From positions 1 to 56,018 of IMG/VR virus record IMGVR_UViG_3300043409_000151: a stretch of 56,018 bases of DNA, one strand, 5' to 3'. Origin of the DNA: a virus. Its lineage: Duplodnaviria > Caudoviricetes. This document shows positions 8,549 through 17,732 of the stretch, piece after piece. Positions within the stretch are counted from its first letter, which is position 1. Each line of letters starts with the position of its first letter. The notes beneath the pieces were generated by a model, which searched no databases, was not told the DNA's origin, and worked only from the letters and a program-made list of their open reading frames with translations. The position numbers were made by a program, and so were the translations under genes.

Positions 8549-9496
8549 ATGCCAACCAACCTTACCGGCTCCACCATTGCCTCCACCTTCGATCAACTGC
8601 TGCATGTTGACGATGGCCCGACCGCGACTGAGAAGACGGTCTACAGCGGCACAGGTGTCGCTACAGCCATGAAGGTTGGCACCACGTCGGCCTCGGTCGG
8701 CAACGTGCAGTTGACCGGCAACACGGTGCAGGCCACCACCGGCAATCTCACGCTGGGTTCCAACATCGCGTTTGGCAGTGCCAGTAACGCCCGCACGGCG
8801 CTGGGCCTCGGCACGATGGCGACCCAGAACTCTGGGGCCGTAGCTATCACAGGCGGCACCTTGTCGGGCGTAACAATCACTGGCTCGTTCTCGGGCCTCA
8901 CCCTCGTGGAGTCTACGACGCTGGCAACCAGCGCGGCTGCGGCGGGTGTGAACCTGAACGGCAACACGTTGGCAGCAGACGGTACTGACACCAACATCGA
9001 CATCAACATCACGCCCAAGGGTACAGGTGAGGTGAACATCCCCAAGGTGGACATCGACGGCGGCGCGGTTGACGGGACTACGGTCGGCGCGACAACTCCG
9101 GCGTCTGTCAAGGGTACGACCGTTGAGGCCACCACTTCAATCGGGTACCCGGTCGGTACGGGTGGAACAGTCACGCAGGGCACAAGCCGCACTACAGGGG
9201 TCACGCTCGACAAGATCACCGGGGAGATTGTTCTGTTCGCAGGCTCACTTGGCGGACATGACGCAGACGAGTTTACGTTGACCAACAGCACTATCGCAGC
9301 AAACGATGTCTTCGTGTTGAGTATTAAATCTGGTGCGGCTGCTGCCACGCGCAAGTATTATCAGGTTCACGTTGTCTCCGTCTCCGCAGGATCGTGTGTC
9401 ATTTCGGTGGGCAACATCGACAACGCAACAATTCCGTCAGCGGGCACCGAGAGTCCTGTGGTTCAGTTTCTTGTACTGAAAGGAGCGGTGGCGTAA
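8549..9496 (+). CDS. Fibre/whisker-like structural protein
   Basis: Thr/Gly-rich; ARTALGLGTMATQN, INITPKGTG and GGTVTQGTSRTTGVTL motifs typical of phage fibres. Confidence 0.7.
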   Translation: MPTNLTGSTIASTFDQLLHVDDGPTATEKTVYSGTGVATAMKVGTTSASVGNVQLTGNTVQATTGNLTLGSNIAFGSASNARTALGLGTMATQNSGAVAITGGTLSGVTITGSFSGLTLVESTTLATSAAAAGVNLNGNTLAADGTDTNIDINITPKGTGEVNIPKVDIDGGAVDGTTVGATTPASVKGTTVEATTSIGYPVGTGGTVTQGTSRTTGVTLDKITGEIVLFAGSLGGHDADEFTLTNSTIAANDVFVLSIKSGAAAATRKYYQVHVVSVSAGSCVISVGNIDNATIPSAGTESPVVQFLVLKGAVA

Positions 9497-9756
9497 TGGC
9501 AAAGACACCAGCATGGACTCGCAAGGAAGGCAAAGACCCCAAAGGCGGCTTGAACGCCAAGGGGCGTGCGTCCTACAACAAGGCCAATCCGGGTAAACCC
9601 GGACTGAAGCCGCCAGCGCCGAACCCCAAGACCAAAGAGGACGCAGGCCGCAAGGCCAGTTTCTGCGCCCGGATGTCTGGGATGCCGGGGCCAATGAAGG
9701 ATGATAAGGGTAAACCCACCCGCAAGGCTCTCTCCCTCAAAGCATGGAACTGCTGA
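9496..9756 (+). CDS. Small basic protein (DUF6321-like)
   Basis: AWTRKEGKDPKGGLNAKGRASY...RKASFCARM...SLKAWNC, recalled from aquatic phages; TAATG coupling. Confidence 0.75.
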   Translation: MAKTPAWTRKEGKDPKGGLNAKGRASYNKANPGKPGLKPPAPNPKTKEDAGRKASFCARMSGMPGPMKDDKGKPTRKALSLKAWNC

Positions 9757-9757
9757 C

Positions 9758-9952
9758 ATGGCAACCAAACCCAAAGCCAAATCCACGGTCAACGCCGCTG
9801 GCAACTACACCAAGCCCGAACTGCGCAAGCGGATCGTGTCGCAGGTGAAGTCTGCTGCGGTGCAGGGCACTGCTGCTGGGCAATGGAGCGCACGCAAAGC
9901 ACAACTTGTTGCCAAGAAGTACAAGGCCGCTGGCGGCGGGTACAGGGACTGA
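9758..9952 (+). CDS. Small basic protein, N-half of DUF5872-like family
   Basis: YTKPELRKRI...GQWSARKAQLVAKKYKAAGGGY. Confidence 0.75.
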   Translation: MATKPKAKSTVNAAGNYTKPELRKRIVSQVKSAAVQGTAAGQWSARKAQLVAKKYKAAGGGYRD

Positions 9953-9953
9953 C

Positions 9954-10187
9954 ATGAAAGCCCCACAGAAAAGCCTCAAGGACTGGGGCGATCAAAAATG
10001 GAGAACCAAAAGTGGTAAAAAATCTTCTGACACGGGTGAACGATACCTTCCTGAAGCTGCAATTAAGAGTCTTAGCCCTGCTGAGTACGCTGCAACAACA
10101 CGTGCAAAACGCATGGGCAAAGCTGCGGGGAAACAATTCGTAGCCCAGCCGAAATCTGTCGCAAAGAAAACTGCGCAGTACCGATAG
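9954..10187 (+). CDS. Small basic protein, C-half of DUF5872-like family
   Basis: QKSLKDWGDQKWRTK...ERYLPEAAIKSLSPAEYAATTRAKR...GKQFV. Confidence 0.75.
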   Translation: MKAPQKSLKDWGDQKWRTKSGKKSSDTGERYLPEAAIKSLSPAEYAATTRAKRMGKAAGKQFVAQPKSVAKKTAQYR

Positions 10188-10210
10188 TCAACCACCAAAA
10201 GGAAATCCGA

Positions 10211-10489
10211 ATGAGCAAAATGTACATCCGAGTCAAGAGCGATGGCTTCATCTATGACTTCAACCCCATTCTGGCGAAGAACCCCGAGTGCGAAGTCGTG
10301 CCCGAGGAGATCGCCTACCCTGAGCGGTTCATCCCTCCGGCTGCTGCACAACGTGTTGCAGAGGCTGTGAAGGCAACTGGACGCAAGAAGAAGGGTGCGC
10401 TTGACTTGTCAACTGATGACATTCCAGAGGCTCCGCCGTATACTCCTGCTGAACTGGCCGAGGAAGCCTCACGAGGATTGCCTGCATGA
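10211..10489 (+). CDS. Hypothetical protein
   Basis: AAGGA SD; ATGA overlap with next gene. Confidence 0.7.
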   Translation: MSKMYIRVKSDGFIYDFNPILAKNPECEVVPEEIAYPERFIPPAAAQRVAEAVKATGRKKKGALDLSTDDIPEAPPYTPAELAEEASRGLPA

Positions 10490-11130
10490 CACCCAACGAA
10501 GTCATCACCGAAGTGCGTCGTTTGATACAAGACACCAAGGCACCGTTTCGCTACAGCGATACGGTGATGCTCGGCTTCGTCAATCAGACGCTCAAGCGCA
10601 TGGTGATGCTTCGCCCCGACCTGTTCGCAGTGATCGGGGATATTCCAACGACTCCGGCCACCGTGTTGCAAAGCTGCCCTGCGGACTCGACACGGCTGAT
10701 CGAAATCTTCCAAGTCAAGAACGGCGATGCCGTCACGGAAGTCAACCGCGAGACGCTGGATCGCACAGCCCCCGGATGGCTGCGCGAGGCTCCCGGCCAG
10801 CCCGTGAACTTCATGCGTCACGTGCGCAACCCCAACAGGTTCTTCGTGGCACCCGCTCCTGCGGTGGGTGTCGTGCTTGTCGGGGAGTACGCTCAGACGC
10901 CGCCCGACTACACGCTCAACCAAGAGATCACGTTTCCCACGGATGCGTACTTCCCCACCGTCGTGGACGGTACTGTGTTCTTGGCCGAGTCAATCGACAA
11001 CGAGCACGTGAACTCGGGCCGAGCCAAACTGTTCCAAGATTCGTTTGTTCAGGGACTCGGTGTGTCGTTGCAGTCGCGCACGATCACGGATACCGAAGCA
11101 GGCGGGCAAGACCCGAGACAGGTGATCTGA
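10486..11130 (+). CDS. Head-tail adaptor protein (DUF6682-like)
   Basis: EVRRLIQD....RYSD..MLGFVN......RPD N-terminal adaptor motif. Confidence 0.7.
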   Translation: MTPNEVITEVRRLIQDTKAPFRYSDTVMLGFVNQTLKRMVMLRPDLFAVIGDIPTTPATVLQSCPADSTRLIEIFQVKNGDAVTEVNRETLDRTAPGWLREAPGQPVNFMRHVRNPNRFFVAPAPAVGVVLVGEYAQTPPDYTLNQEITFPTDAYFPTVVDGTVFLAESIDNEHVNSGRAKLFQDSFVQGLGVSLQSRTITDTEAGGQDPRQVI

Positions 11131-11131
11131 C

Positions 11132-11905
11132 ATGGCCGACCGCACCTTTGCATCCCTCGTCCCCCGTGTGCAGGCTTCTGTGCCGGGGTGCCCCAACGCC
11201 ACCATCGTGCAGTACATCCGCGACTCGGCCATCCGCACGTGCGAGCGCACGCTGTACTATCGGTACCAAGTGCCGCTGTTCAACTTGTTGCCCGGTGTCA
11301 GCGAGTACGCCTACAACAAGCCGGTGACTACCGATGTGCATGTGATGTTCGAGGCGGTGGTCAATGACCGCCCCTTGGAGCGCCTGACGATGGAGAAAGC
11401 CATCGAGTTGTATCCCAAGTGGGCCGACCTCTACAGCGGGCAAGACCCGGCTGTGGCGTGGAGCCTGACGCCTCCAAATGTCTTCAACAGTTTTGAGTAC
11501 AACGAGGCTTTGTTCAACGAGAACTCGCCCTACGTGCTGCCTCCTGAAATCGTAGCGGACGGCTCAACCCCGCAGTCAATCTGCCAAGTCAACCCGGACA
11601 AGTACATCATTCTGCCGCTGCCTGATGGGCAGGCGACGTATCGGTGCCGCATGTTCTTGGCGCTCAAACCCAAGCGCAACGCCACGGCGATGGACGAGTT
11701 CATCATGGATGAACTGGAAGAAGTTATCATGCACGGGGCGCTGCAACATCTTCTGGTGTTGCCGAACCAAGCATGGTCTGATCGTGAGCTTGCTGCGTAT
11801 CACGCCAAGCAGTACGTGTACCAGACTTCTGAGCGTCGTGCTCGGGCCAACCTCGGCAATGTGCGCGGCACCATGCGCGTGCGGATGCAACCTTTTGGAG
11901 CCTGA
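11132..11905 (+). CDS. Second adaptor/tail tubular A-like protein
   Basis: VPGCP......IRDSAIRTCERT...IMHGALQHLLVLPNQAWSD motif of podovirus adaptors. Confidence 0.65.
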   Translation: MADRTFASLVPRVQASVPGCPNATIVQYIRDSAIRTCERTLYYRYQVPLFNLLPGVSEYAYNKPVTTDVHVMFEAVVNDRPLERLTMEKAIELYPKWADLYSGQDPAVAWSLTPPNVFNSFEYNEALFNENSPYVLPPEIVADGSTPQSICQVNPDKYIILPLPDGQATYRCRMFLALKPKRNATAMDEFIMDELEEVIMHGALQHLLVLPNQAWSDRELAAYHAKQYVYQTSERRARANLGNVRGTMRVRMQPFGA

Positions 11906-11906
11906 C

Positions 11907-12236
11907 ATGGGAATTCAACTTTCCAACAATGCTGTTGCCTTCGTACCTAGTGCGGTGTCCAGCACGCAGACATCGCTCACCGTCACGGCAGGCAAGGGGG
12001 CGCTGTTCCCGATCCTCGGCGCGACCGATTACTTCTATGCCACCTTGAGCGACGTGAACAACAACTTCGAGATCGTGAAGGTCACGGCTCGCACAGACGA
12101 CGTGATGACGATGGTTCGGGCACAGGAGAGCACACTGGCGATCCCGTTCCCGGCCAACAGCCGCTTCGAGCACCGGATCACGGCGGCAACCATCCGGGCA
12201 ATCATCGACGATGCTGACGACTATCTGCTTCTCTGA
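11907..12236 (+). CDS. Stand-alone tailspike anchor domain (paralog of the 12734 N-terminus)
   Basis: MGIQL.NNA...FP.LGATDYFYATL...FE..KVTAR..D.MT.VRAQE shared with 12734. Confidence 0.75.
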   Translation: MGIQLSNNAVAFVPSAVSSTQTSLTVTAGKGALFPILGATDYFYATLSDVNNNFEIVKVTARTDDVMTMVRAQESTLAIPFPANSRFEHRITAATIRAIIDDADDYLLL

Positions 12237-12247
12237 AAGGACACAAC

Positions 12248-12601
12248 ATGGCTATCGTAACTCCCGCATTTGATTTCGTCGCTACCCAGTCGGGTAAAAC
12301 GCCCCGTGTGACGTGGGCAGACATCGTGACTGGTGACACCCTCACGGCCTTCCCCGTCGCCGCTCAGGCTGCTGTAGCGGGCGCTGTGCAGTTCGGCGGC
12401 ACCTTCGGTGGTGCGACCATCGGGCTGCAAGTTTCCAACGACGGCACGACCTACTTCGACATGAAGGACTTGGGTGGCACCGTGATCAGCGCCACAGCGG
12501 CTGCGCTGTTCGAGTTCACAACGGCTGCGATGTATATCCGCCCGGTGATTGCGAGCGGCTCGGCCAACGCCGTTGACGTGACCGTGGTGCTGCGAGGCTG
12601 A
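12248..12601 (+). CDS. Virion structural protein
   Basis: AAGGA SD; VQFGGTFGGATIGLQVSNDGTTY...YIRP beta-sandwich motif. Confidence 0.7.
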   Translation: MAIVTPAFDFVATQSGKTPRVTWADIVTGDTLTAFPVAAQAAVAGAVQFGGTFGGATIGLQVSNDGTTYFDMKDLGGTVISATAAALFEFTTAAMYIRPVIASGSANAVDVTVVLRG

Positions 12602-12602
12602 C

Positions 12603-12731
12603 ATGGCACTGAACATCGTCCTGATCATGCGGCGCATTCGGAGGCAGACCTCTGCGCTCCTCAACAACCTGCTGCTCGAAGACGGCGATGATATGCTGCA
12701 AGAAGACGGCTCGTACATCCTGCTGGAGTAG
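12603..12731 (+). CDS. 42-aa acidic-motif peptide (fibre adaptor?), absent from the ORF track
   Basis: MALNIVLIMRRIRRQTSALLNNLLLEDGDDMLQEDGSYILLE; exactly fills the gap between neighbours. Confidence 0.65.
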   Translation: MALNIVLIMRRIRRQTSALLNNLLLEDGDDMLQEDGSYILLE

Positions 12732-12733
12732 AT

Positions 12734-15004
12734 ATGGGAATCCAACTGAAGAACAACGCCTCCGGCACACTGGCAACTGCGATTAACGCCTCGGACACGG
12801 GCATCGTCCTGACGACGGGCAACGGAGCCAGCTTCCCTGCGCTCGGCGCGACCGACTACTTCTACGCCACGCTGGAGAGCACAGGCGGCACGTTTGAGGT
12901 GATCAAGGTCACAGCGCGGTCGGGCGACTCCATGACCGTGGTGCGGGCACAGGAAGGCTCTACGGCCAACTCTTTTGCTGCGGGTTCCCGCATTGAGTTG
13001 CGCGTCACTGCGCAGTCTGTGTTGGATGCAGTTGATCAGGCGACAGCAGCGCAGGTCGGAGTGACGCCATATGGTTGGATCGCGGCTACCGATGTGCAAG
13101 ACGCATTTGAGGAAGTCGTAGATGATCTCGGCGCTTCATCCGGCTCTTCGCTCGTCGGGTTCCTTCAGTCCGGTACTGGCGCTGTAACTAGAACAGCGCA
13201 AGCAAAAATGCGTGAGCGCATCAGCGTCCAAGATTACGGCGCTGTTGGTGACGGTGTGACTGATGACGCAGCCGCAATTCTTAAAACGTTTAATTATTCA
13301 CGAACTATCGGTGGGTGTGATGTTGATTTCCCAAAGGCTAATTATTTGATTAGCCACGGCTTCAACGTCCCAACAAACACAACTGTTCACTTAAATGGTT
13401 CAACCATTAAAGCAACAACTACTTTCTCGCAAGGCACAATTCCAACTTACGGTGCGATCTCTATGTTTGAGGTCAGCAACCGTGTTCCTTTTGCTGGCGC
13501 ACCCGCAATCGAAAACATTTCCTTTATTGGTGACGGCGCAATTTTGGACGGTCGCCGTGATGAACAAACTGGGTCGCCTGCTGGTTATGACGGCATCCTG
13601 TTTGAGACAAGCGACACGCCTCAACAAGCTGACTTTGGCAAGATCAGAAACATCTTGGTGAGCGACATCACAATTGACCGTGCCGGTTATGACGGCTTTT
13701 ATGTTGCTGGCGTTGACGACATGGAAGTTCGCAACGTCAAAACTTTCTTCTCACCTCGCATCGGCATCGTGGTCGTGGCTGGTTTAAATATTCGATTCAT
13801 TGACTGCGAATCCAGCTACACCATTGGTGACAACCCCGGATCGCCTACACCCGGCCCCGGCAACAGTGGTGATGGTTATTGGAACGAACCAAACTTTGCT
13901 TGGCAGACTATTGATGTCAAGTATTTGAATTGCTACGCATCCAAAAACTACCAGTCCGGCTTCAAGCCATTCAACGCTGGTGCAGATGCGTCCTTCTTCA
14001 TTGAGTTGGTTGCCTGTAAAGGTTTTGACAATTGCTGGGACGAAGTGACAGGTACTCGATTGTCGTCACCAGCCGAAGCCAACTTTCGTGTCAGCCTGAA
14101 TGACACCGCAAGCGCGTCGGCGTACCTGCTGTTCAAGGACTGCGTATCGCAAACATCCGAGCGTAGTGGTTTTAGCCTTCAGCGTGGTGCAGCAAGTGGC
14201 GCAGGCTACGTGCAACGCATCATTGTTGACAACCTTACAGTAATGGATTGCAATCGCAGCAACACTGACGGGTTAAATCGTAGCCCCATTCAAGTTGCAT
14301 CAACCGCTGCATCAACATATCCACTTATTGTGTTTAACGCGCCCGTTGTTGTGTCCACATACAACAACACCTTGGGTTATGGCATTGCTGTTGACGATCC
14401 AACTGGTGTGTTCATCAACAATCCAATTTTTGCGGGGGTGTTTAGCGAGCAATTGTTCATCACTGGCACTCTGCCCGGATCGCGCACAACATCAAACATC
14501 CCAAACTTTTTTCTTGATCCTAACGCTGATCAGTCTCCTACTGGCATTGCTGGTGATGTGACCAAGTTTTACAAGCCAGTGCGTTTGGCTTCTTTTGATC
14601 AAACAGCACAGCCTTCCACTGGCGATATGTTTGCCAATGAGTTAACCGTTTGGCAGAAAGACGACAATCAGTTTGTCGGAATGTTTAAGCGTGACGACTC
14701 GGCATCCTTGCAGTATTTGGATTTCAGAAATGAACGCAGAATCCGTGCTGTTTTGAATCTTTCGGCATCTTCTGCGAACATATCTGCACAAAGTGTCGAA
14801 ACTCACACTTTGACGGTTACTGGTGCTGTTGTTGGCGCTTACGTTGAGGTGTCTATGAACGTGGCGCTTAACAACGCTTTGATTCTTCAAGCGCAAGTGT
14901 CAGCCGCCAACACTGTGACCATCAACATCCACAACCCATCCAGCGGGACTATCAGCCGTGCTGCTGGTTTCGTCACTGTTAATGTATTGTCGTCTGACGT
15001 TTGA
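12734..15004 (+). CDS. Tailspike 1, right-handed beta-helix (pectate lyase-like depolymerase)
   Basis: Anchor domain, GSSLVGFLQSGTGAVTRTAQAKMRE neck, SVQDYGAVGDGVTDDAAAI motif, beta-helix repeats. Confidence 0.85.
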   Translation: MGIQLKNNASGTLATAINASDTGIVLTTGNGASFPALGATDYFYATLESTGGTFEVIKVTARSGDSMTVVRAQEGSTANSFAAGSRIELRVTAQSVLDAVDQATAAQVGVTPYGWIAATDVQDAFEEVVDDLGASSGSSLVGFLQSGTGAVTRTAQAKMRERISVQDYGAVGDGVTDDAAAILKTFNYSRTIGGCDVDFPKANYLISHGFNVPTNTTVHLNGSTIKATTTFSQGTIPTYGAISMFEVSNRVPFAGAPAIENISFIGDGAILDGRRDEQTGSPAGYDGILFETSDTPQQADFGKIRNILVSDITIDRAGYDGFYVAGVDDMEVRNVKTFFSPRIGIVVVAGLNIRFIDCESSYTIGDNPGSPTPGPGNSGDGYWNEPNFAWQTIDVKYLNCYASKNYQSGFKPFNAGADASFFIELVACKGFDNCWDEVTGTRLSSPAEANFRVSLNDTASASAYLLFKDCVSQTSERSGFSLQRGAASGAGYVQRIIVDNLTVMDCNRSNTDGLNRSPIQVASTAASTYPLIVFNAPVVVSTYNNTLGYGIAVDDPTGVFINNPIFAGVFSEQLFITGTLPGSRTTSNIPNFFLDPNADQSPTGIAGDVTKFYKPVRLASFDQTAQPSTGDMFANELTVWQKDDNQFVGMFKRDDSASLQYLDFRNERRIRAVLNLSASSANISAQSVETHTLTVTGAVVGAYVEVSMNVALNNALILQAQVSAANTVTINIHNPSSGTISRAAGFVTVNVLSSDV

Positions 15005-15019
15005 ACAAGGAGCATTGAA

Positions 15020-15280
15020 ATGGCACTCACCAAAGACATAAAGTTCAAAGGAATCACCATTCCTCTTGCCTACATCAGGGTCAACAATTTTTCTGGAAGC
15101 AAAGACAATATTGCGTTCAATGTTGGCTTTTATGGAAATGCAGACGAGAACGGCGAACGCGAGATGTTTGACCAAAAAGCATATCAGTGCGCGTACAACC
15201 TCAACGGTCTAAACGCAGTAGCACAGGCTTACGAGCATCTTAAAACCTTGCCTGAGTTCGCAGGCGCACTGGAGTCCTAA
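15020..15280 (+). CDS. Putative tailspike chaperone/accessory protein
   Basis: AAGGAG SD; follows tailspike; QAYEHLKTLPEFAGA C-terminus. Confidence 0.6.
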   Translation: MALTKDIKFKGITIPLAYIRVNNFSGSKDNIAFNVGFYGNADENGEREMFDQKAYQCAYNLNGLNAVAQAYEHLKTLPEFAGALES

Positions 15281-15282
15281 TC

Positions 15283-16095
15283 ATGGCAGATACAAAAATC
15301 TCTGCGCTGACCAGCGCAACAGTGCCACTGGCAGGTACGGAAGTATTGCCAATTGTTCAAGGTGGGCAAACACGCAAAGTACCTGTTTCTGACTTAACCG
15401 CAGGCCGTGCAATTGCTGCTTCAGCCGCAACAATTACTGGCGCAACTACCGCAGTTTCGTTGACGTTGGCAAACAGTGGTGGTGGAACAAACGCCACTTT
15501 TGCGGTTACTGAAAACACGGGTGTTACGCTTAACTTGAACGAAGGTGCAACTGCCCGTCAGTTGATTATTCAACAAGGCGGCGTTGAAACTTGGCGTTTT
15601 AATGCTTCTGGTAATTTTGCGGCAGCAGATGGCAAAGGCATCGACTTTTCTGCCACATCGGGCACAGGCACAAGCGAGTTGCTGGATGACTATGAAGAAG
15701 GTACTTGGACAGTTTCGTTTTTTGATGCTGCTAGTGGTGGCAATGCATCGGCAACCACCACAACTGGTTATTACACCAAAGTTGGCAACTGTGTGACCGC
15801 AGTATTTAGCGTATCAAATATTAGCACCGCTGGAATGACTGGTGGAAATGCGTTTTATTTTACGCTTCCATTTACGTCTGCTACCACAATAGGTATTGGA
15901 ACGGGTGCTTCCGTTTTAGAGCAGTTTACATTTCCAGCATTAAGAACTATGGTTGCTCCTTATATATCTGATAATAGTGCAAGAGGATTTTTTAGAGCAT
16001 CTGGAAGTGCTGTTGATACTTCAAGCATTTTGGTAAGCGAACTGTCAACTGGAGTGTCAGACATTGAAAGATGCGCTGTCACATATTTTGCATAA
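15283..16095 (+). CDS. Tail fibre protein
   Basis: MADTKISALT...LPIVQGGQTRKV N-terminus; GIDFSAT...ELLDDYEEGTWT...GYYTKVGN..LPFT domain. Confidence 0.8.
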   Translation: MADTKISALTSATVPLAGTEVLPIVQGGQTRKVPVSDLTAGRAIAASAATITGATTAVSLTLANSGGGTNATFAVTENTGVTLNLNEGATARQLIIQQGGVETWRFNASGNFAAADGKGIDFSATSGTGTSELLDDYEEGTWTVSFFDAASGGNASATTTTGYYTKVGNCVTAVFSVSNISTAGMTGGNAFYFTLPFTSATTIGIGTGASVLEQFTFPALRTMVAPYISDNSARGFFRASGSAVDTSSILVSELSTGVSDIERCAVTYFA

Positions 16096-16106
16096 AGAGG
16101 TTTAAT

Positions 16107-17393
16107 ATGGCTTTAACAAAAGCAACGTATTCAATGATTAATGGCGCTGTTGCTAACGTATTTGATTACGGGGCAACAGGCAACGGCACTACAGATGACA
16201 CAGCAGCAATTCAAGCTGCTTTTAATTCTGGCGCATCGTGCATTTTTATTCCTGAAGGTGTTTACATTATTAGCGACACGCTTCAAGTGCCGACCAGAAC
16301 AACTGTTCGTGGTGCATCCGCAGCAGTCAATCAATACGGTACAGTACAACAAACTGGTGCGATACTAAAAGCCGCTGCTGGCGCATTGTCGGGGTCTAAG
16401 GCCGTTATTCAAGCGGGTCAAGCATCCGAACTCGGAAACATTGAATTGCACGATTTAGTGGTTGACATTAAAGACGCGCATTCAACGGCAATTGGTGTCA
16501 AAAAAGAAACGTGCAACCACTTTGTAATGATAAACATTTACGTGGCGGCAAGTCTTGGCACAAGTACTCAAATTGCGTATTTCAACGGAAACGGCACACA
16601 TGGATATTTCCAAAACTTAAATTTGACTGGTGGTAAATATTCAATTTACATGGATAACACGCCGGGTCGTGAATGCCATGACAGCGTTTACAACAAAGTT
16701 TGGATGTATCCCGCAGAAATTACTGGCGCAGCTTGTATGTTTTTTCCTGTCAATGGTGGAAATGCCATTAGCACTTGGATTATGCCCTACATGGAAACCG
16801 GCTCAAGCGGGCTGGTGACTGGAATTTACACATCAAACCTTGCTGAAGTTGAAATGACAATGCTTTACCCAATGTGGGATGGAACATTTTTGTGGCTTTG
16901 GAACGCTCAATATCCATCAAGAACTAGATTTATTGGAAGTAATATATCAACTTTTGACCCATCAAATTTCAATGGGTCGTTTGGTCGCTGTTCAATTATT
17001 GGACGAGAGGGCAACCAGCTTGTCGAAAAGTTATATCTTTATGACGTTGGCAGTGAACTTCAATTTGGTGTTGATTCGTCAGGATTTAATTTTGGCCGTA
17101 TAAGTGCTGGCGCGGCAAAAATTAGTCGTATCCAAGGCGGCAAAAAGACAGAGGTTATCGGCACAGTCAACTCTGGAAGTGTTTTTACAGATACGATATC
17201 AGTCCCGAATGCGGACGTTGGAGACCCAGTTGTCATCGGCATGGACTGGAACGGTGCTGGTGCTTATACGCTAACTGCTCAAGTTGTGTCTAGTGCAACA
17301 GTTCGATACTGGCTTCAGAACAATTCTGGAGCACCAGTTGACTTTGGAACCAGAGTGTTGAAAGCTGTTGTGATCAATGGCACCATAACTTGA
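16107..17393 (+). CDS. Tailspike 2 (beta-helix, no anchor domain)
   Basis: MALTKATYSMINGA, NVFDYGATGNGTTDDTAAIQAA, IFIPEGVY. Confidence 0.8.
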   Translation: MALTKATYSMINGAVANVFDYGATGNGTTDDTAAIQAAFNSGASCIFIPEGVYIISDTLQVPTRTTVRGASAAVNQYGTVQQTGAILKAAAGALSGSKAVIQAGQASELGNIELHDLVVDIKDAHSTAIGVKKETCNHFVMINIYVAASLGTSTQIAYFNGNGTHGYFQNLNLTGGKYSIYMDNTPGRECHDSVYNKVWMYPAEITGAACMFFPVNGGNAISTWIMPYMETGSSGLVTGIYTSNLAEVEMTMLYPMWDGTFLWLWNAQYPSRTRFIGSNISTFDPSNFNGSFGRCSIIGREGNQLVEKLYLYDVGSELQFGVDSSGFNFGRISAGAAKISRIQGGKKTEVIGTVNSGSVFTDTISVPNADVGDPVVIGMDWNGAGAYTLTAQVVSSATVRYWLQNNSGAPVDFGTRVLKAVVINGTIT

Positions 17394-17403
17394 AAGGTCA
17401 GCC

Positions 17404-17685
17404 ATGAATAATTACAAAATAGTCAGTGTAGATTCTGACGCCGCCACCGGAGCAATTCATGCAGTGTGGTTGGAAATAACCAGACAGGTTGAAAGCCAGC
17501 AGCAAACTGCTGTTTTGGGGGTGTCGTTGGACTACAACACCAGCGGCCCAGAGTTTTTGCCGTATTCGTCAGTAACTGAAAGTGTTGCCCTCAAGTGGGC
17601 AAAAGACAAGATCAAAGAAAGTGAGATTGAGGCTCAGTTCAAACGGCTGTACCCTGCAAAACCAACCTCAGTTGTTCCTTGGTAA
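17404..17685 (+). CDS. Putative fibre assembly protein
   Basis: FLPYSSVTESVALKWAK...VVPW motif of small proteins that follow phage fibres. Confidence 0.6.
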   Translation: MNNYKIVSVDSDAATGAIHAVWLEITRQVESQQQTAVLGVSLDYNTSGPEFLPYSSVTESVALKWAKDKIKESEIEAQFKRLYPAKPTSVVPW

Positions 17686-17732
17686 ACCGTACTGGCCCGA
17701 TGACCAGAAATTGATTTTGATTGGAGATCAAA

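Noticed and set aside
12734-17393. Diversity-generating retroelement for tropism switching
   Set aside because: No reverse transcriptase and no TR/VR repeat pair noticed
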